64,000 bases of DNA, from IMG/VR virus record IMGVR_UViG_3300012662_000009, positions 1-64,000 of that record. One strand, given 5' to 3'. Shown here one piece after another: positions 30,441 through 40,193 of the stretch. This DNA comes from a virus. Taxonomy: Duplodnaviria > Caudoviricetes. The notes beneath the pieces are model-generated. The model had not been told where the DNA came from, ran no database searches, and was given only the letters and a program-made list of their open reading frames with translations. The position numbers and the translations under genes are program-made. The first letter of the stretch is position 1. Each line of letters begins with the position of its first letter.

Positions 30441-32588
30441 TTATTGAGCGGTTGTGGAAGAAGTTATCCCACCAGTACGATGAATAGTCAATTGTTGCAC
30501 CATTTTCCCGCATCCGCGTGCAGGCTCCAATTCAGTATCCAATATCACCATCTCATTATCTATTACTTCGTTGGTATTGTTTGATTCATCGCATGTATTC
30601 TTATAAGCATATACTCCACCATTATTCATAACGTTCTCCAAAATTGTATCAGCCTTAGCTTTAATAGTATCTCTAAGGGCTTGTGTATTAAGCTCCCATT
30701 GATAATTTTGTAACATAGCCTCGATCTCATCCTGTAAATATATCACAAGCTCACGAATATGAACCTTCGAAAGAGCCGATACGGGAGTTTGTTTAGCTGT
30801 TTGATTAGAATTAATGTAGGTGCCCTTACGAGGAACATATATAATAGCATTTACACCCATAGGCTCAAGAACATCCAGATCAGATCTTCCATAGTTATAA
30901 TCAGGGCCCACAAGACCCGAATAGCTCATAACACCATAATTAGGACCTGCTACGATATAATAAGGTTGTCTTGCACCATACTTATCCATGAAATTATTAG
31001 AAACTAATGCAGCACTCGGGACATTCTGTTTCAGAGTTCCATCAGAGAATACTAAACCTGTATAATAAGCACACCACGAAGCACCCTCATTATTACCTGC
31101 CAAAGAGAACTTAGCCGGCGTATTTGCAACTTTATTTATATCAAAAACCTTCTTAGTGCCATCAGCGGTATCAGTAGTTAATGTAGACGTGAACGAGTCA
31201 TCCTTAACGAACTCAGGCATCGGTGGGAAATTAAGAATTGCAAAGGCATTATCCTTTTCCTTAGCTATAGTAGCGAGCTTAGCCTTACAACCAGTTTCTA
31301 TATAAGACTGGAATGTATCAACTATATAATGATATTCAACGTCTACTCTATTAGTCAGAGCTGTTCTAATACCCTTATCATCAAGCACTTTAAAGATCTT
31401 CTTTTGCAAGCCAAGTCCAGTATCGGTTTTTGCTATAGAGTTATAATCATAACCTTGTAAATATGCTTGTACAGTTTTATTTTCTACCTGTAATTGTACC
31501 TTAGGTGCCGCGCTGCTTTCAAGATTAGCCTCATCAAATTTCATAAGCATCTTATGAGAATCATAATCAGAATTGAATAAAATATCCAAAGAAATATAAT
31601 TACCCATAGCGTCCTTAAAATAAGGAATAGTAGTACCTGTATACTTAGCTATAAAATTCGAATTAGGATCATTAGCCAGTGCGTCAAGAGCATCTGTTTT
31701 TTCACCGTAAATATTTTTATATTCATCATTTAGAGTGGTTGTATTTTCCTTAAAATACCCATTCCATACATTATCTATATAATTACCAAAAGCAGAACCT
31801 TCTTTTACAAGATCATTAGTAAATTCACCCTTAAATACATATATCTCAGCGAAATAGTCATTAAGTTTACTATCCATTATACTTTCAAGATATGCTGGAA
31901 CTTCTTCCGAAGTGTTATTAGCATACCATTCACATAAAGTCAGATCATAAGAAGCGGGTACAACTTTTCTCATGAATATTGTACAAGAAGCATCCTTAAC
32001 ATCTGTTGTAGTAATATAAGCATATTTGCCGTCATTAAACTTTGCCGGTAATTGATCCGCATCTAACTTCCAGAAACGATTTGTATCATAAACGGTAGTA
32101 ACATTTTTTGAAGTTGCATTTGATGTAAAAGTAGTAAAATCAGAATTTATTGTAGAGGGGAAAAATCCTATATATTGCACTTGTTCCGGATCTTTTTGTT
32201 TATCCCCCTGCACAACTGGAGTTGCAGAATCTTCACTTTGAACCACAACCTTAGAGCCTTTTTTGGTACTTTGTCCAGATGTTGTAGTCTCAGCCAAATT
32301 AAAAGGCTTGAGATTAAGAGCCAATATAGGTCCATTAGCAAGTGCTTGGATAGCCATTCTATGGAAGAAAATACCCTTACGCTCCAATTTTTTGCTTGTA
32401 TTACCAAAAATATTTATAAAGTCTGTTGTATTATCGATGTATACAGGAGTATTAAAAGGACCCTTTTCAGAGTATCCTACCACGAGTCTTAAAGTTTCTG
32501 CTTCTTGCGCAGGAACTACAGATTTATCCCAAACAAATCGATAAATACCTGAGGACTTTATTTTAGCTAAGTAATTAGGTAAACTCAT
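30441..32588 (-). CDS. Tail sheath protein (gp18-like)
   Basis: SSGIYRFVWDKS, GYSEKGPFNTP, SALSKVHIRELVIYL, CDESNNTNEVIDN and EPARG motifs. Confidence 0.93.
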   Translation of the reverse strand: MSLPNYLAKIKSSGIYRFVWDKSVVPAQEAETLRLVVGYSEKGPFNTPVYIDNTTDFINIFGNTSKKLERKGIFFHRMAIQALANGPILALNLKPFNLAETTTSGQSTKKGSKVVVQSEDSATPVVQGDKQKDPEQVQYIGFFPSTINSDFTTFTSNATSKNVTTVYDTNRFWKLDADQLPAKFNDGKYAYITTTDVKDASCTIFMRKVVPASYDLTLCEWYANNTSEEVPAYLESIMDSKLNDYFAEIYVFKGEFTNDLVKEGSAFGNYIDNVWNGYFKENTTTLNDEYKNIYGEKTDALDALANDPNSNFIAKYTGTTIPYFKDAMGNYISLDILFNSDYDSHKMLMKFDEANLESSAAPKVQLQVENKTVQAYLQGYDYNSIAKTDTGLGLQKKIFKVLDDKGIRTALTNRVDVEYHYIVDTFQSYIETGCKAKLATIAKEKDNAFAILNFPPMPEFVKDDSFTSTLTTDTADGTKKVFDINKVANTPAKFSLAGNNEGASWCAYYTGLVFSDGTLKQNVPSAALVSNNFMDKYGARQPYYIVAGPNYGVMSYSGLVGPDYNYGRSDLDVLEPMGVNAIIYVPRKGTYINSNQTAKQTPVSALSKVHIRELVIYLQDEIEAMLQNYQWELNTQALRDTIKAKADTILENVMNNGGVYAYKNTCDESNNTNEVIDNEMVILDTELEPARGCGKMVQQLTIHRTGGITSSTTAQ

Positions 32589-32671
32589 TATTAATAATTT
32601 TTTCTTTAATAATAAAAATTCCTTGACCTGAATTAAAAACTATTTTATTATTAGTATAAAAATCACTTAAA

Positions 32672-33835
32672 GTGGCTGTTTGTAATTTATTTAAGGAATT
32701 AAGTAATAATACAGGAAATTTTCTGATGTTTTCACAATATTCAGAAGACCTTACAGAAAACTTCCTTAAACCAAATTCTTATCATATAACTCCATCGAAA
32801 TTTATAGTACTGAATATAGATTATACAGGATATAATAATACTTCTCTCCCAAGATTTTTTCAGAATGTCTTTGAAAATGAATGTGCATACCTAAGAAGCC
32901 TCGGTAATTGGTATCCATGGAAATCTCGCGAAATCTTCTGGGGATGTATGGCTCGAGGAGGATTTATGACGCCTTCTAATAGTAAATCTGAACAAATAGT
33001 TTATATAGGAGATATAAACATGCAGTCTTATGATGCTTATAACGGAATGGGTTATTCAGAAATTTATTGTTATATACCCAATAATGCACCTCGAGGGACT
33101 TATTCATTTCAAGGAACAGGTACTGCGGTGCAAATAAATTATCCTAATAAATACATCATGGGTTATGCTGCATCTGACAATGTCCCCTTAGGTGCAGAAT
33201 TGGGTGATAACGAAAAGACCTATAATGATGGAGTATTTTATAGTTTTAATAATTTTTTAGATCTAAGCAAACCAGAAAAATCTTTTGAATTTAATACAAT
33301 AGTTGTTTTATATAATATTGTCGATTCTGCAGGAGAAGTTATTTCATTAGGTAATAATACGTTACAAGATATTCCTCTCGGTATATATTTTACTGGCACT
33401 ATCACAAATGGCATAATGTCTAATAAAGTAACTAAATATGTATCCAATGACGATATTTTTGGCGCAGGTACAAGTTACGGTTTAAGGATTTGTTCAAGAT
33501 TTTCTTCTCAAGCGCGGGGTTCAGAAATAGTATCAGTAAATTCTGATGGATCTTCAGCCGGCTTAAGCGAAGCTCTATCTGAGATGTCAGAAACTATAAC
33601 AAAGATGAATGAAGTTGTGAATAATATACATTTATCACAATCTTATATAAAAGAAGCTCTTTCAATATTCAAAAATAATACTACCAATGTACCTTATATA
33701 AAGAAAGTAGGAGGTGATGATTATTGGTTTGTAAATGGCAAGCTCATAGGATCTGCAGCCGGTGTCGATGCAGCAGATGATTCTTATGTGGATCAAATCA
33801 TAGATGATTACGATGAAACTTTATTAAAAAATTAA
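32672..33835 (+). CDS. Hypothetical structural protein
   Basis: 387 aa; FEFNTIVVLY motif; divergent from the sheath; TTATTA upstream. Confidence 0.5.
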   Translation: MAVCNLFKELSNNTGNFLMFSQYSEDLTENFLKPNSYHITPSKFIVLNIDYTGYNNTSLPRFFQNVFENECAYLRSLGNWYPWKSREIFWGCMARGGFMTPSNSKSEQIVYIGDINMQSYDAYNGMGYSEIYCYIPNNAPRGTYSFQGTGTAVQINYPNKYIMGYAASDNVPLGAELGDNEKTYNDGVFYSFNNFLDLSKPEKSFEFNTIVVLYNIVDSAGEVISLGNNTLQDIPLGIYFTGTITNGIMSNKVTKYVSNDDIFGAGTSYGLRICSRFSSQARGSEIVSVNSDGSSAGLSEALSEMSETITKMNEVVNNIHLSQSYIKEALSIFKNNTTNVPYIKKVGGDDYWFVNGKLIGSAAGVDAADDSYVDQIIDDYDETLLKN

Positions 33836-33843
33836 TTTAGTAC

Positions 33844-35298
33844 ATGGAATTTTTAGATGCAAATGGATTAAAGACTCTCTGTAATGAGATTAAAAAATAT
33901 ATAAGTAGTATAAAGGAGTCTTTAGAGCAAAATAATGTTAATTTAGAAAAGTTTAAGGCAACTGTTGGTGTTGATGCTGGAAAACCTTTAGATGACCCAC
34001 GTTTCCCTGGCGCGCCTTTTTCAAGAGGAGACGTCAACTCATGTTTACAGGAGTTTGCACAGAGTTTCGATACCCTTAATGAGTCAGCTATAAAAAAATC
34101 TAATATCTCAACCGAACTCATTAAACTCCTTAAAACAGTGGGTGGGCAATCTCTTATAAAGACTTCAGGGAGTGATTCTAATATTCCTATCGTAGATACT
34201 TCTAATTTTGTTACAAATAATTTATTTGAACAGGTTTTAGGTAATGATGACGTATTATATTATAATCCACTGGGAGCTGCTTCTGTGCAAGATATTGTAG
34301 ATAATATAGATGAACGAATATCTTCTATAGAGGAAAATCCTATGATCTTATTTGCTAATGCTAAATCCATTAGTAGAAGATCTCAATTAAGTGGTTTTGA
34401 AATTAATGATATAGTATATTGCCAGGGTGAACTTGACAAGGCCAATGCTGGTACTAATAAATCCACCATTAATAAATTCATTGTAATTAAACCTAATAAT
34501 ACATATGTACTTGCTCCCGCTCCTTATAATATATATAATGAAGATGGATCTATAGAAGTCAATGCTGATAATATATATATTACAAGACCTATAGATGGCG
34601 GTATATATGTCATTATGAAGAACCCATTCAATGGTACTGAAAAGGATTGGGTAAATATAAATGATTATCTTGTGGAACTTGTTGATTTTTATGATAACTT
34701 TGCTCCTGATTTTAATGCAATGTTTGGCCGAGAACTTGGGTCTTACTTTGAATTTGACAATAATTTAACAGATCTTCAAGCGATTTTAACAGATGTCTCA
34801 AATAATATAAACACATTCAAATCTAAATTAAATTATGTAGAAATTTTTATAGACACCTTACAGGATGGAATACCCCAGATAGATAAAGATACCCTTGAAA
34901 AAATCCATAATAATAATCCTTCTTATTTAATTATTAATGGATCCTGGTGTAAGTACTCCAATGATTCTTTTCAAGGACATTTTACTATAGCTGATTCCTA
35001 TGATGACTTCCATACAACTGTTTATTCAGGGCTCTTTGTAATTGATCCAAATAATGGATATATAGTAATTGATCAAGGAAACGCTGAAAATCTTGATGAT
35101 AAATTTCAGAGTAAATTCACCCACACATCTCAATTAGCAACTATCAATGGTTCTCCTCTGTATTATGGTGGGAGTCTGAGTGTAGTAGCAAATACAAGTG
35201 CTTTAGAGACTGCTATAAATGAACAAAAGGCCCGAATAGATGCTTTAGAGCAAAAGATAGATGCATTAACTGAAACTGTAAATAATTTAAGTAAATAA
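33844..35298 (+). CDS. Putative tail fibre / adhesin-like protein
   Basis: FLDANGL N-terminus; LKTVGGQSL and LATINGSPL motifs; C-terminal coiled coil. Confidence 0.55.
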   Translation: MEFLDANGLKTLCNEIKKYISSIKESLEQNNVNLEKFKATVGVDAGKPLDDPRFPGAPFSRGDVNSCLQEFAQSFDTLNESAIKKSNISTELIKLLKTVGGQSLIKTSGSDSNIPIVDTSNFVTNNLFEQVLGNDDVLYYNPLGAASVQDIVDNIDERISSIEENPMILFANAKSISRRSQLSGFEINDIVYCQGELDKANAGTNKSTINKFIVIKPNNTYVLAPAPYNIYNEDGSIEVNADNIYITRPIDGGIYVIMKNPFNGTEKDWVNINDYLVELVDFYDNFAPDFNAMFGRELGSYFEFDNNLTDLQAILTDVSNNINTFKSKLNYVEIFIDTLQDGIPQIDKDTLEKIHNNNPSYLIINGSWCKYSNDSFQGHFTIADSYDDFHTTVYSGLFVIDPNNGYIVIDQGNAENLDDKFQSKFTHTSQLATINGSPLYYGGSLSVVANTSALETAINEQKARIDALEQKIDALTETVNNLSK

Positions 35299-35305
35299 AT
35301 TACAT

Positions 35306-35815
35306 ATGAAGTCCATAAAAGAATTTATTAATGAAAACAATAGTACTGTTATGAGGCAATTTGTAGATACTGTAAATAATGCCCGTAGGAGTAATGAAGC
35401 ACATGAATTAATAAATGTTGCTATTCAAGATATTTTAGAAATCCTTGAGAAAATGCAGAAGAAAGCCAAAGATCTGAAGGTTATTAAAAATATTTTTAAT
35501 GTAAGGATAAATGATAAAAAAGAACTTCAGAAATATCAATATTTCATGTCAACCATTTTGACATACTTACATGATAATTTGGAAAGTACTAAAGTAAATA
35601 TAAAAGATCCATGGAATAGTTTTTTAATGTACTTAAATTTCACGGTTATAGAACATATGGAAAGTTCTGAGATGAATGAAATGATAGCTTCTGCTATAAG
35701 TGATGATATTTTGGGAGAAGATGCTGATTGGGATGATTACAAAGGTATTTTTATGCAAGCTCTTATGAATCTTAACCGTCTTTGTAAAATGGTGACAGGT
35801 AAGTATTGGAAGTAA
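35306..35815 (+). CDS. Hypothetical protein with CTS-like leader (MKSIKEFINE); paralogue of 46277
   Basis: Shared C-terminus DDILG...DY..F..A.M.LN.LCK..TGK. Confidence 0.75.
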   Translation: MKSIKEFINENNSTVMRQFVDTVNNARRSNEAHELINVAIQDILEILEKMQKKAKDLKVIKNIFNVRINDKKELQKYQYFMSTILTYLHDNLESTKVNIKDPWNSFLMYLNFTVIEHMESSEMNEMIASAISDDILGEDADWDDYKGIFMQALMNLNRLCKMVTGKYWK

Positions 35816-35837
35816 TTTGGTCAAAAATATATCTATA

Positions 35838-35867
35838 AAAAAAGAGATCCAAAAGGATCTCTTTTTT
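35838..35867. terminator. Bidirectional terminator
   Basis: AAAAAAGAGATCC-AAAA-GGATCTCTTTTTT. Confidence 0.8.
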
Positions 35868-35901
35868 GTTGTATGTGAATAATTTAATTATATTATATTT
35901 A

Positions 35902-36762
35902 TTAGCGGCCACGATATCCTTTCGGTTTTAATTCAGGATTTTCATCAGTTTTTGTGCCATCTAACATAGCATATTTTAAGGACATGACTCCATTATCTCC
36001 AATATCAGATACATCCCAATTTGAAAGATCACAATCAAATTTTTTACAATCACAGAACATCCTCGATACATCTTGTGCTGAAGATATGTCCCATTTAGAA
36101 ACATCTGAATTGAACTCATAACAATTCTCAAACATACCACCGAAATTCTTGACATTGCTTACATCCCATTTAGAAACATCTGAATTGAAATATTCGCAAT
36201 GAGCAAACATATGATTCATATTTGTAACTTTAGATACTTTCCATTTAGAAACATCTGAATTGAAATATTCGCAATGAGCAAACATATGATTCATATCCGT
36301 AGCTTTAGATACATCCCACTTAGAAAGATCTGAATTGAAATATTTACAGCCAATAAACATACCACTAAAATTCTTGACATTGCTTACATCCCAATTTGAA
36401 AGATCACATGCGAAATTTTCAACTCCAGCGAAGGCCTCAGACATATTTGTAACTTTAGATACATCCCACTGAGACACATCATAATTATGCATCAAATACA
36501 TCTTCGGTAGTGTTTTGAATAATTCACCAATATCTGTTATTTTCGAAGTGTCTATTGTATTCAGATTAATAGTTTCATACTTTTGTTTCCGTTTAATAAG
36601 AGAAATCGTCTTTTTATACCATTTGTTGTTTTTTGATAATTGATCGCTGGTAGTAGCTCTTACGCAATCAACTAATTCCCTGAAATTTTTTGGCTGATAT
36701 GTTTTAAGCTCGGGTTCGGGTGTATAAAGTTTTTCTGTTATATAATTATCCAAATGTTTCAT
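35902..36762 (-). CDS. DUF285/BspA-like 25-aa repeat protein with CTS-like leader (MKHLDNYITE)
   Basis: About 7 WDVSxVxNMxxMF repeats; 75 bp DNA period. Confidence 0.85.
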   Translation of the reverse strand: MKHLDNYITEKLYTPEPELKTYQPKNFRELVDCVRATTSDQLSKNNKWYKKTISLIKRKQKYETINLNTIDTSKITDIGELFKTLPKMYLMHNYDVSQWDVSKVTNMSEAFAGVENFACDLSNWDVSNVKNFSGMFIGCKYFNSDLSKWDVSKATDMNHMFAHCEYFNSDVSKWKVSKVTNMNHMFAHCEYFNSDVSKWDVSNVKNFGGMFENCYEFNSDVSKWDISSAQDVSRMFCDCKKFDCDLSNWDVSDIGDNGVMSLKYAMLDGTKTDENPELKPKGYRGR

Positions 36763-37373
36763 AATATCACAATTTTATTATTCACTCGTCCTACGATCTT
36801 TCCATTAGCACTCTTCCAATTATTGCCAAGAACATATAAAGATTCGTTAAGTGATTTAATAGGACTATTACTTCTTAAACATTCTTTAATATGTTCTTCT
36901 CTACCATCTGTAGTAAGCTCTCTCAGAGGCTTAGGTATTTTTGATTCAGTTGTTGTATAAGCACTGGGTTCTTCATATTGACCTTCAAGTTCTTTTATAG
37001 GAACCAATACAGCTACTACATCACCATTTATATTATCTATTTTATAATCATATCCATAAAGATAAAAAAGGTCTATAGCAGAATATATTTCGATATCAGC
37101 AGCCCCTCTATAAGGATATGTATGAGACTTAAAATCAATGCCTCCCCAGTACTGACTGCATACAAAGTTATCAAATTTATCAGTCTTGACCATACTTCCA
37201 GTGATTATATATCTTCCATCAAAAAGCTTCGTCATATGAGTATCCGAAGGCATTCCAAAGATATTATTATAGAATCTCACCAAAGGGTCTTGAGTAGGAG
37301 TAACAGGAGCAGTATTAGTATACTCAAATTTGGCTACTCCAGATTTTATTAATTCAGAAAATTTATCTCTCAT
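36759..37373 (-). CDS. Hypothetical protein
   Basis: 204 aa, coupled in an operon. Confidence 0.6.
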   Translation of the reverse strand: MRDKFSELIKSGVAKFEYTNTAPVTPTQDPLVRFYNNIFGMPSDTHMTKLFDGRYIITGSMVKTDKFDNFVCSQYWGGIDFKSHTYPYRGAADIEIYSAIDLFYLYGYDYKIDNINGDVVAVLVPIKELEGQYEEPSAYTTTESKIPKPLRELTTDGREEHIKECLRSNSPIKSLNESLYVLGNNWKSANGKIVGRVNNKIVIL

Positions 37374-37381
37374 ATATAAAA

Positions 37382-37621
37382 TTATTTCGAAAAAGAGACA
37401 TTAAACATACCGATGAGTTGCCCCCATTTATTATCTTTTACAAGTTTACTATTAGTTTTTAAGAAACCATCAATAGTATTTTTCATACGGTCTTCATCAA
37501 GTTTATCACCAAAGACAGTCTCAAATTTCTTTTTAGCTACTTCGCGAAAATCATCTTCATTCTTAATGGTTTCTTCTGCTTCATTGAGCTGTTCATTTAT
37601 AAAATCAATTAAGTCTATCAT
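37382..37621 (-). CDS. Small protein with CTS-like leader (MIDLIDFINEQLNE)
   Basis: 79 aa, in an operon after the sigma factor. Confidence 0.65.
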   Translation of the reverse strand: MIDLIDFINEQLNEAEETIKNEDDFREVAKKKFETVFGDKLDEDRMKNTIDGFLKTNSKLVKDNKWGQLIGMFNVSFSK

Positions 37622-37626
37622 ATTTC

Positions 37627-39009
37627 TTATTTATATTTCTTATAATAATTTTGTAGGTCCGACATATAATTAAGTAAATCTACATCAGTTTTCTTTTTCA
37701 TGTTCTCAGTCGGATATAAATTACTTAAAAATAGAATAATCAAATTCTTATTCTTCTTAAAGTTATTATCCAGGTATTCAAAGTCTCCTTTTAATATATC
37801 TATTAAAATCTTTTTATCTTTTTGATCAGGAATCATACTAAAAGTATCTCTCATAGCCTGATTAAAGACTGTTTTATAATTCCATTTAGTCAATTCCTCT
37901 AAAAGAATATACATGTCATCATTTATAAGGGTCTCAAAAATTTCTTCTTTAGTATAACCTAACATTTCTATCATCAGGGATTCTGTATACATATCTTGAA
38001 TATCTTGCAATATCTCCGAGGCCTTTCTGTCATTCTTGAGGAATTTTATCATCTTATTTATAATAGAATTTCTAATATTGCCCTCCGACATACCCATAGA
38101 TTTTGCTATATCCTTAGACTTCTCTCTTTTATAACCATTTAAGCCGAAATATCTATAGAATATATTAACATCTCTTTGCTTAAAATTATTTTCTAAAAGT
38201 TTATATAAGGATTGCCATGACTTCTCTTCATTTCTGGTAAGATCTTTATCTTCAATACCAAGAGCAGATAATTTATCAGAATCAATCTCGTCATCACCAG
38301 ACATCATACCATCTATTGAAACAGCATCTAAAAGACCTGCGCCATAGACTTTCGAAGCATACCAATTAGTACCCGATAATGTGTGTCCATATTCATTTAT
38401 ATCATTGAGTATCTGCTGTTTAACCCTAAATCCGGCATAAGTCTTAAAAGCAACTCTCTGACCTTCATCATCAGTTTTTCTCCAGTCATTCATGGCATCA
38501 GTAAACCCCTTGAGAGCTGCTGACATAAGTTCTTGTTTATCAAGTTTAGATTTACCTACGTAAGCATTTACTATTTTATATACCATAGGCATATACATCT
38601 TAGCAGCCGCAGATCTACCCACTTGACTATCAAGGTCTATAGTAAGGTCATCCATAGAAAGTTTACCTAATTCTATAGATTGTCTTTCTTGTTCAGTTTG
38701 ATATTGCGGGAGGAGCTTAATCTTATTTTTAAGGTCTTTAAGCATATTCCAAAGATCTTCTAATGAATCTTCGGATATATTATATTTTTTCGCGAGGTTT
38801 TTAAGCCCTCCTTTATTGGAATTTTTAATTTCTTCTATAGAAGCAATATCTAAGAGATTATATTTCTGAGTAAGATATATAACCCTCTTAACATTTTCAG
38901 GAATAACTCTATTGACCTTACTAAGATATTGATTAATCTCAGAAGATAATAAAGACCCCGAATTATAATTTTTTCTGGCTTCTAAAACGAAACTACTAAA
39001 ATTATCCAT
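37627..39009 (-). CDS. Sigma70-like RNA polymerase sigma factor with N- and C-terminal extensions
   Basis: Region 2: MVYKIVNAY..QELMSAALKGF..FKTYAGFRVKQQI; region 4 HTH: YFGLNG...KDIAKSMGMSEGNIR. Confidence 0.8.
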   Translation of the reverse strand: MDNFSSFVLEARKNYNSGSLLSSEINQYLSKVNRVIPENVKRVIYLTQKYNLLDIASIEEIKNSNKGGLKNLAKKYNISEDSLEDLWNMLKDLKNKIKLLPQYQTEQERQSIELGKLSMDDLTIDLDSQVGRSAAAKMYMPMVYKIVNAYVGKSKLDKQELMSAALKGFTDAMNDWRKTDDEGQRVAFKTYAGFRVKQQILNDINEYGHTLSGTNWYASKVYGAGLLDAVSIDGMMSGDDEIDSDKLSALGIEDKDLTRNEEKSWQSLYKLLENNFKQRDVNIFYRYFGLNGYKREKSKDIAKSMGMSEGNIRNSIINKMIKFLKNDRKASEILQDIQDMYTESLMIEMLGYTKEEIFETLINDDMYILLEELTKWNYKTVFNQAMRDTFSMIPDQKDKKILIDILKGDFEYLDNNFKKNKNLIILFLSNLYPTENMKKKTDVDLLNYMSDLQNYYKKYK

Positions 39010-39063
39010 TCTTTTAAGTATTTTCTTTTGATTATAATAACACCAAAAATATAGAGATTAAAG

Positions 39064-39525
39064 ATGGTAATATTTAATTTTTTCAAATACTTATATATAC
39101 ATCTCAAATATTATAACATTATCAAAAAAGTATATAAAGAAGAATCCTTTATAGATAAGCTATCCCAGATGTTTAATATAAAATTTAAGAAGGATTGGAT
39201 AGGTCGTTTATACGCTGTTATAAATCCCAATATAAGCACTCCTCTCGGTGATCAAGTATTTGAATATAATGAAAAAGGATTGGATAATAAGACTTATATA
39301 GAAAAATGGGTTATGGATAGGATGAATGTATTAAATGAATTTATTCAATCTAATAATCTTTTTGATGTTCTTACATATAATATAAAGAAATTGGATGATT
39401 ATGATAATTATTTATTTATAATACAACCTATTACATTAGATGATTGTCTTAAATGGACTAAAAGATTCTTTATATTATTATTTGCGCTGGTATTAATTTT
39501 TGGAATAATTTCAATATTTATATAG
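39064..39525 (+). CDS. Hypothetical membrane protein
   Basis: C-terminal hydrophobic helix; DWIGRLYAVIN. Confidence 0.6.
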   Translation: MVIFNFFKYLYIHLKYYNIIKKVYKEESFIDKLSQMFNIKFKKDWIGRLYAVINPNISTPLGDQVFEYNEKGLDNKTYIEKWVMDRMNVLNEFIQSNNLFDVLTYNIKKLDDYDNYLFIIQPITLDDCLKWTKRFFILLFALVLIFGIISIFI

Positions 39526-39542
39526 AAAATATTTTTAATAAT

Positions 39543-40121
39543 ATGACAAGACAAGATTTAAAAGGAAAGAGTTATGATGAAATGCAAGCGATGCTCGAAG
39601 CGGAACTTGTAGCGTTTAGTGAAGAAATTTCAAATCCCGAATTGACTGAAGAAGATTTGCTTGCTAAGGAACAGGAAGTTATTAAGGAACTGAATGATTA
39701 TGACAATTATCTTAATAACGTAACTTATGAACTTCCAAAGGAACATGTTTTTGGTGATAAAAATGACCAGGAGAAATATACTCGTAATGATATTGCTAAA
39801 AAGATTATTTACTTCTTCTCAAAGATGGAAGTGGAATTCCAGTATACACTTGGAATGTATCAACTTGTAAATCTCTGGAAGGGTAATATAGAAAAGATCA
39901 ATTACAAGGCTTATGATAGTACTTTGCGATGCTTGGGTGGTCTGAAATTTAAAGGTTATAATGAATGGAAGGATATCCTGGCAGTGCATGATTATCTCTC
40001 TGAATGTCACGATGCTTATAAAATGGACCTTGCATGGTATATTTATTTAAGTACTAAGCACAATGCTATTCTAGATATCATGAAGAAACCTGAACCTGCT
40101 CCTGAAATGCCTGAAGCTTAA
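39543..40121 (+). CDS. Hypothetical acidic protein
   Basis: 192 aa ORF followed by a terminator. Confidence 0.6.
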   Translation: MTRQDLKGKSYDEMQAMLEAELVAFSEEISNPELTEEDLLAKEQEVIKELNDYDNYLNNVTYELPKEHVFGDKNDQEKYTRNDIAKKIIYFFSKMEVEFQYTLGMYQLVNLWKGNIEKINYKAYDSTLRCLGGLKFKGYNEWKDILAVHDYLSECHDAYKMDLAWYIYLSTKHNAILDIMKKPEPAPEMPEA

Positions 40122-40138
40122 AAGTAAAGCTTGTAAGA

Positions 40139-40172
40139 TAAAAAAAGAGAGATCAAAGACCTCTCTTTTTTT
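40139..40172. terminator. Bidirectional terminator
   Basis: AAAAAAGAGAG...CTCTCTTTTTT. Confidence 0.75.
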
Positions 40173-40193
40173 GTTTATATAAGAACTTTTTTA

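Noticed and set aside
36060-36480. Diversity-generating retroelement template/variable repeat pair
   Set aside because: The repeats are in-frame protein repeats, differences are not confined to adenines, and there is no reverse transcriptase in the window.
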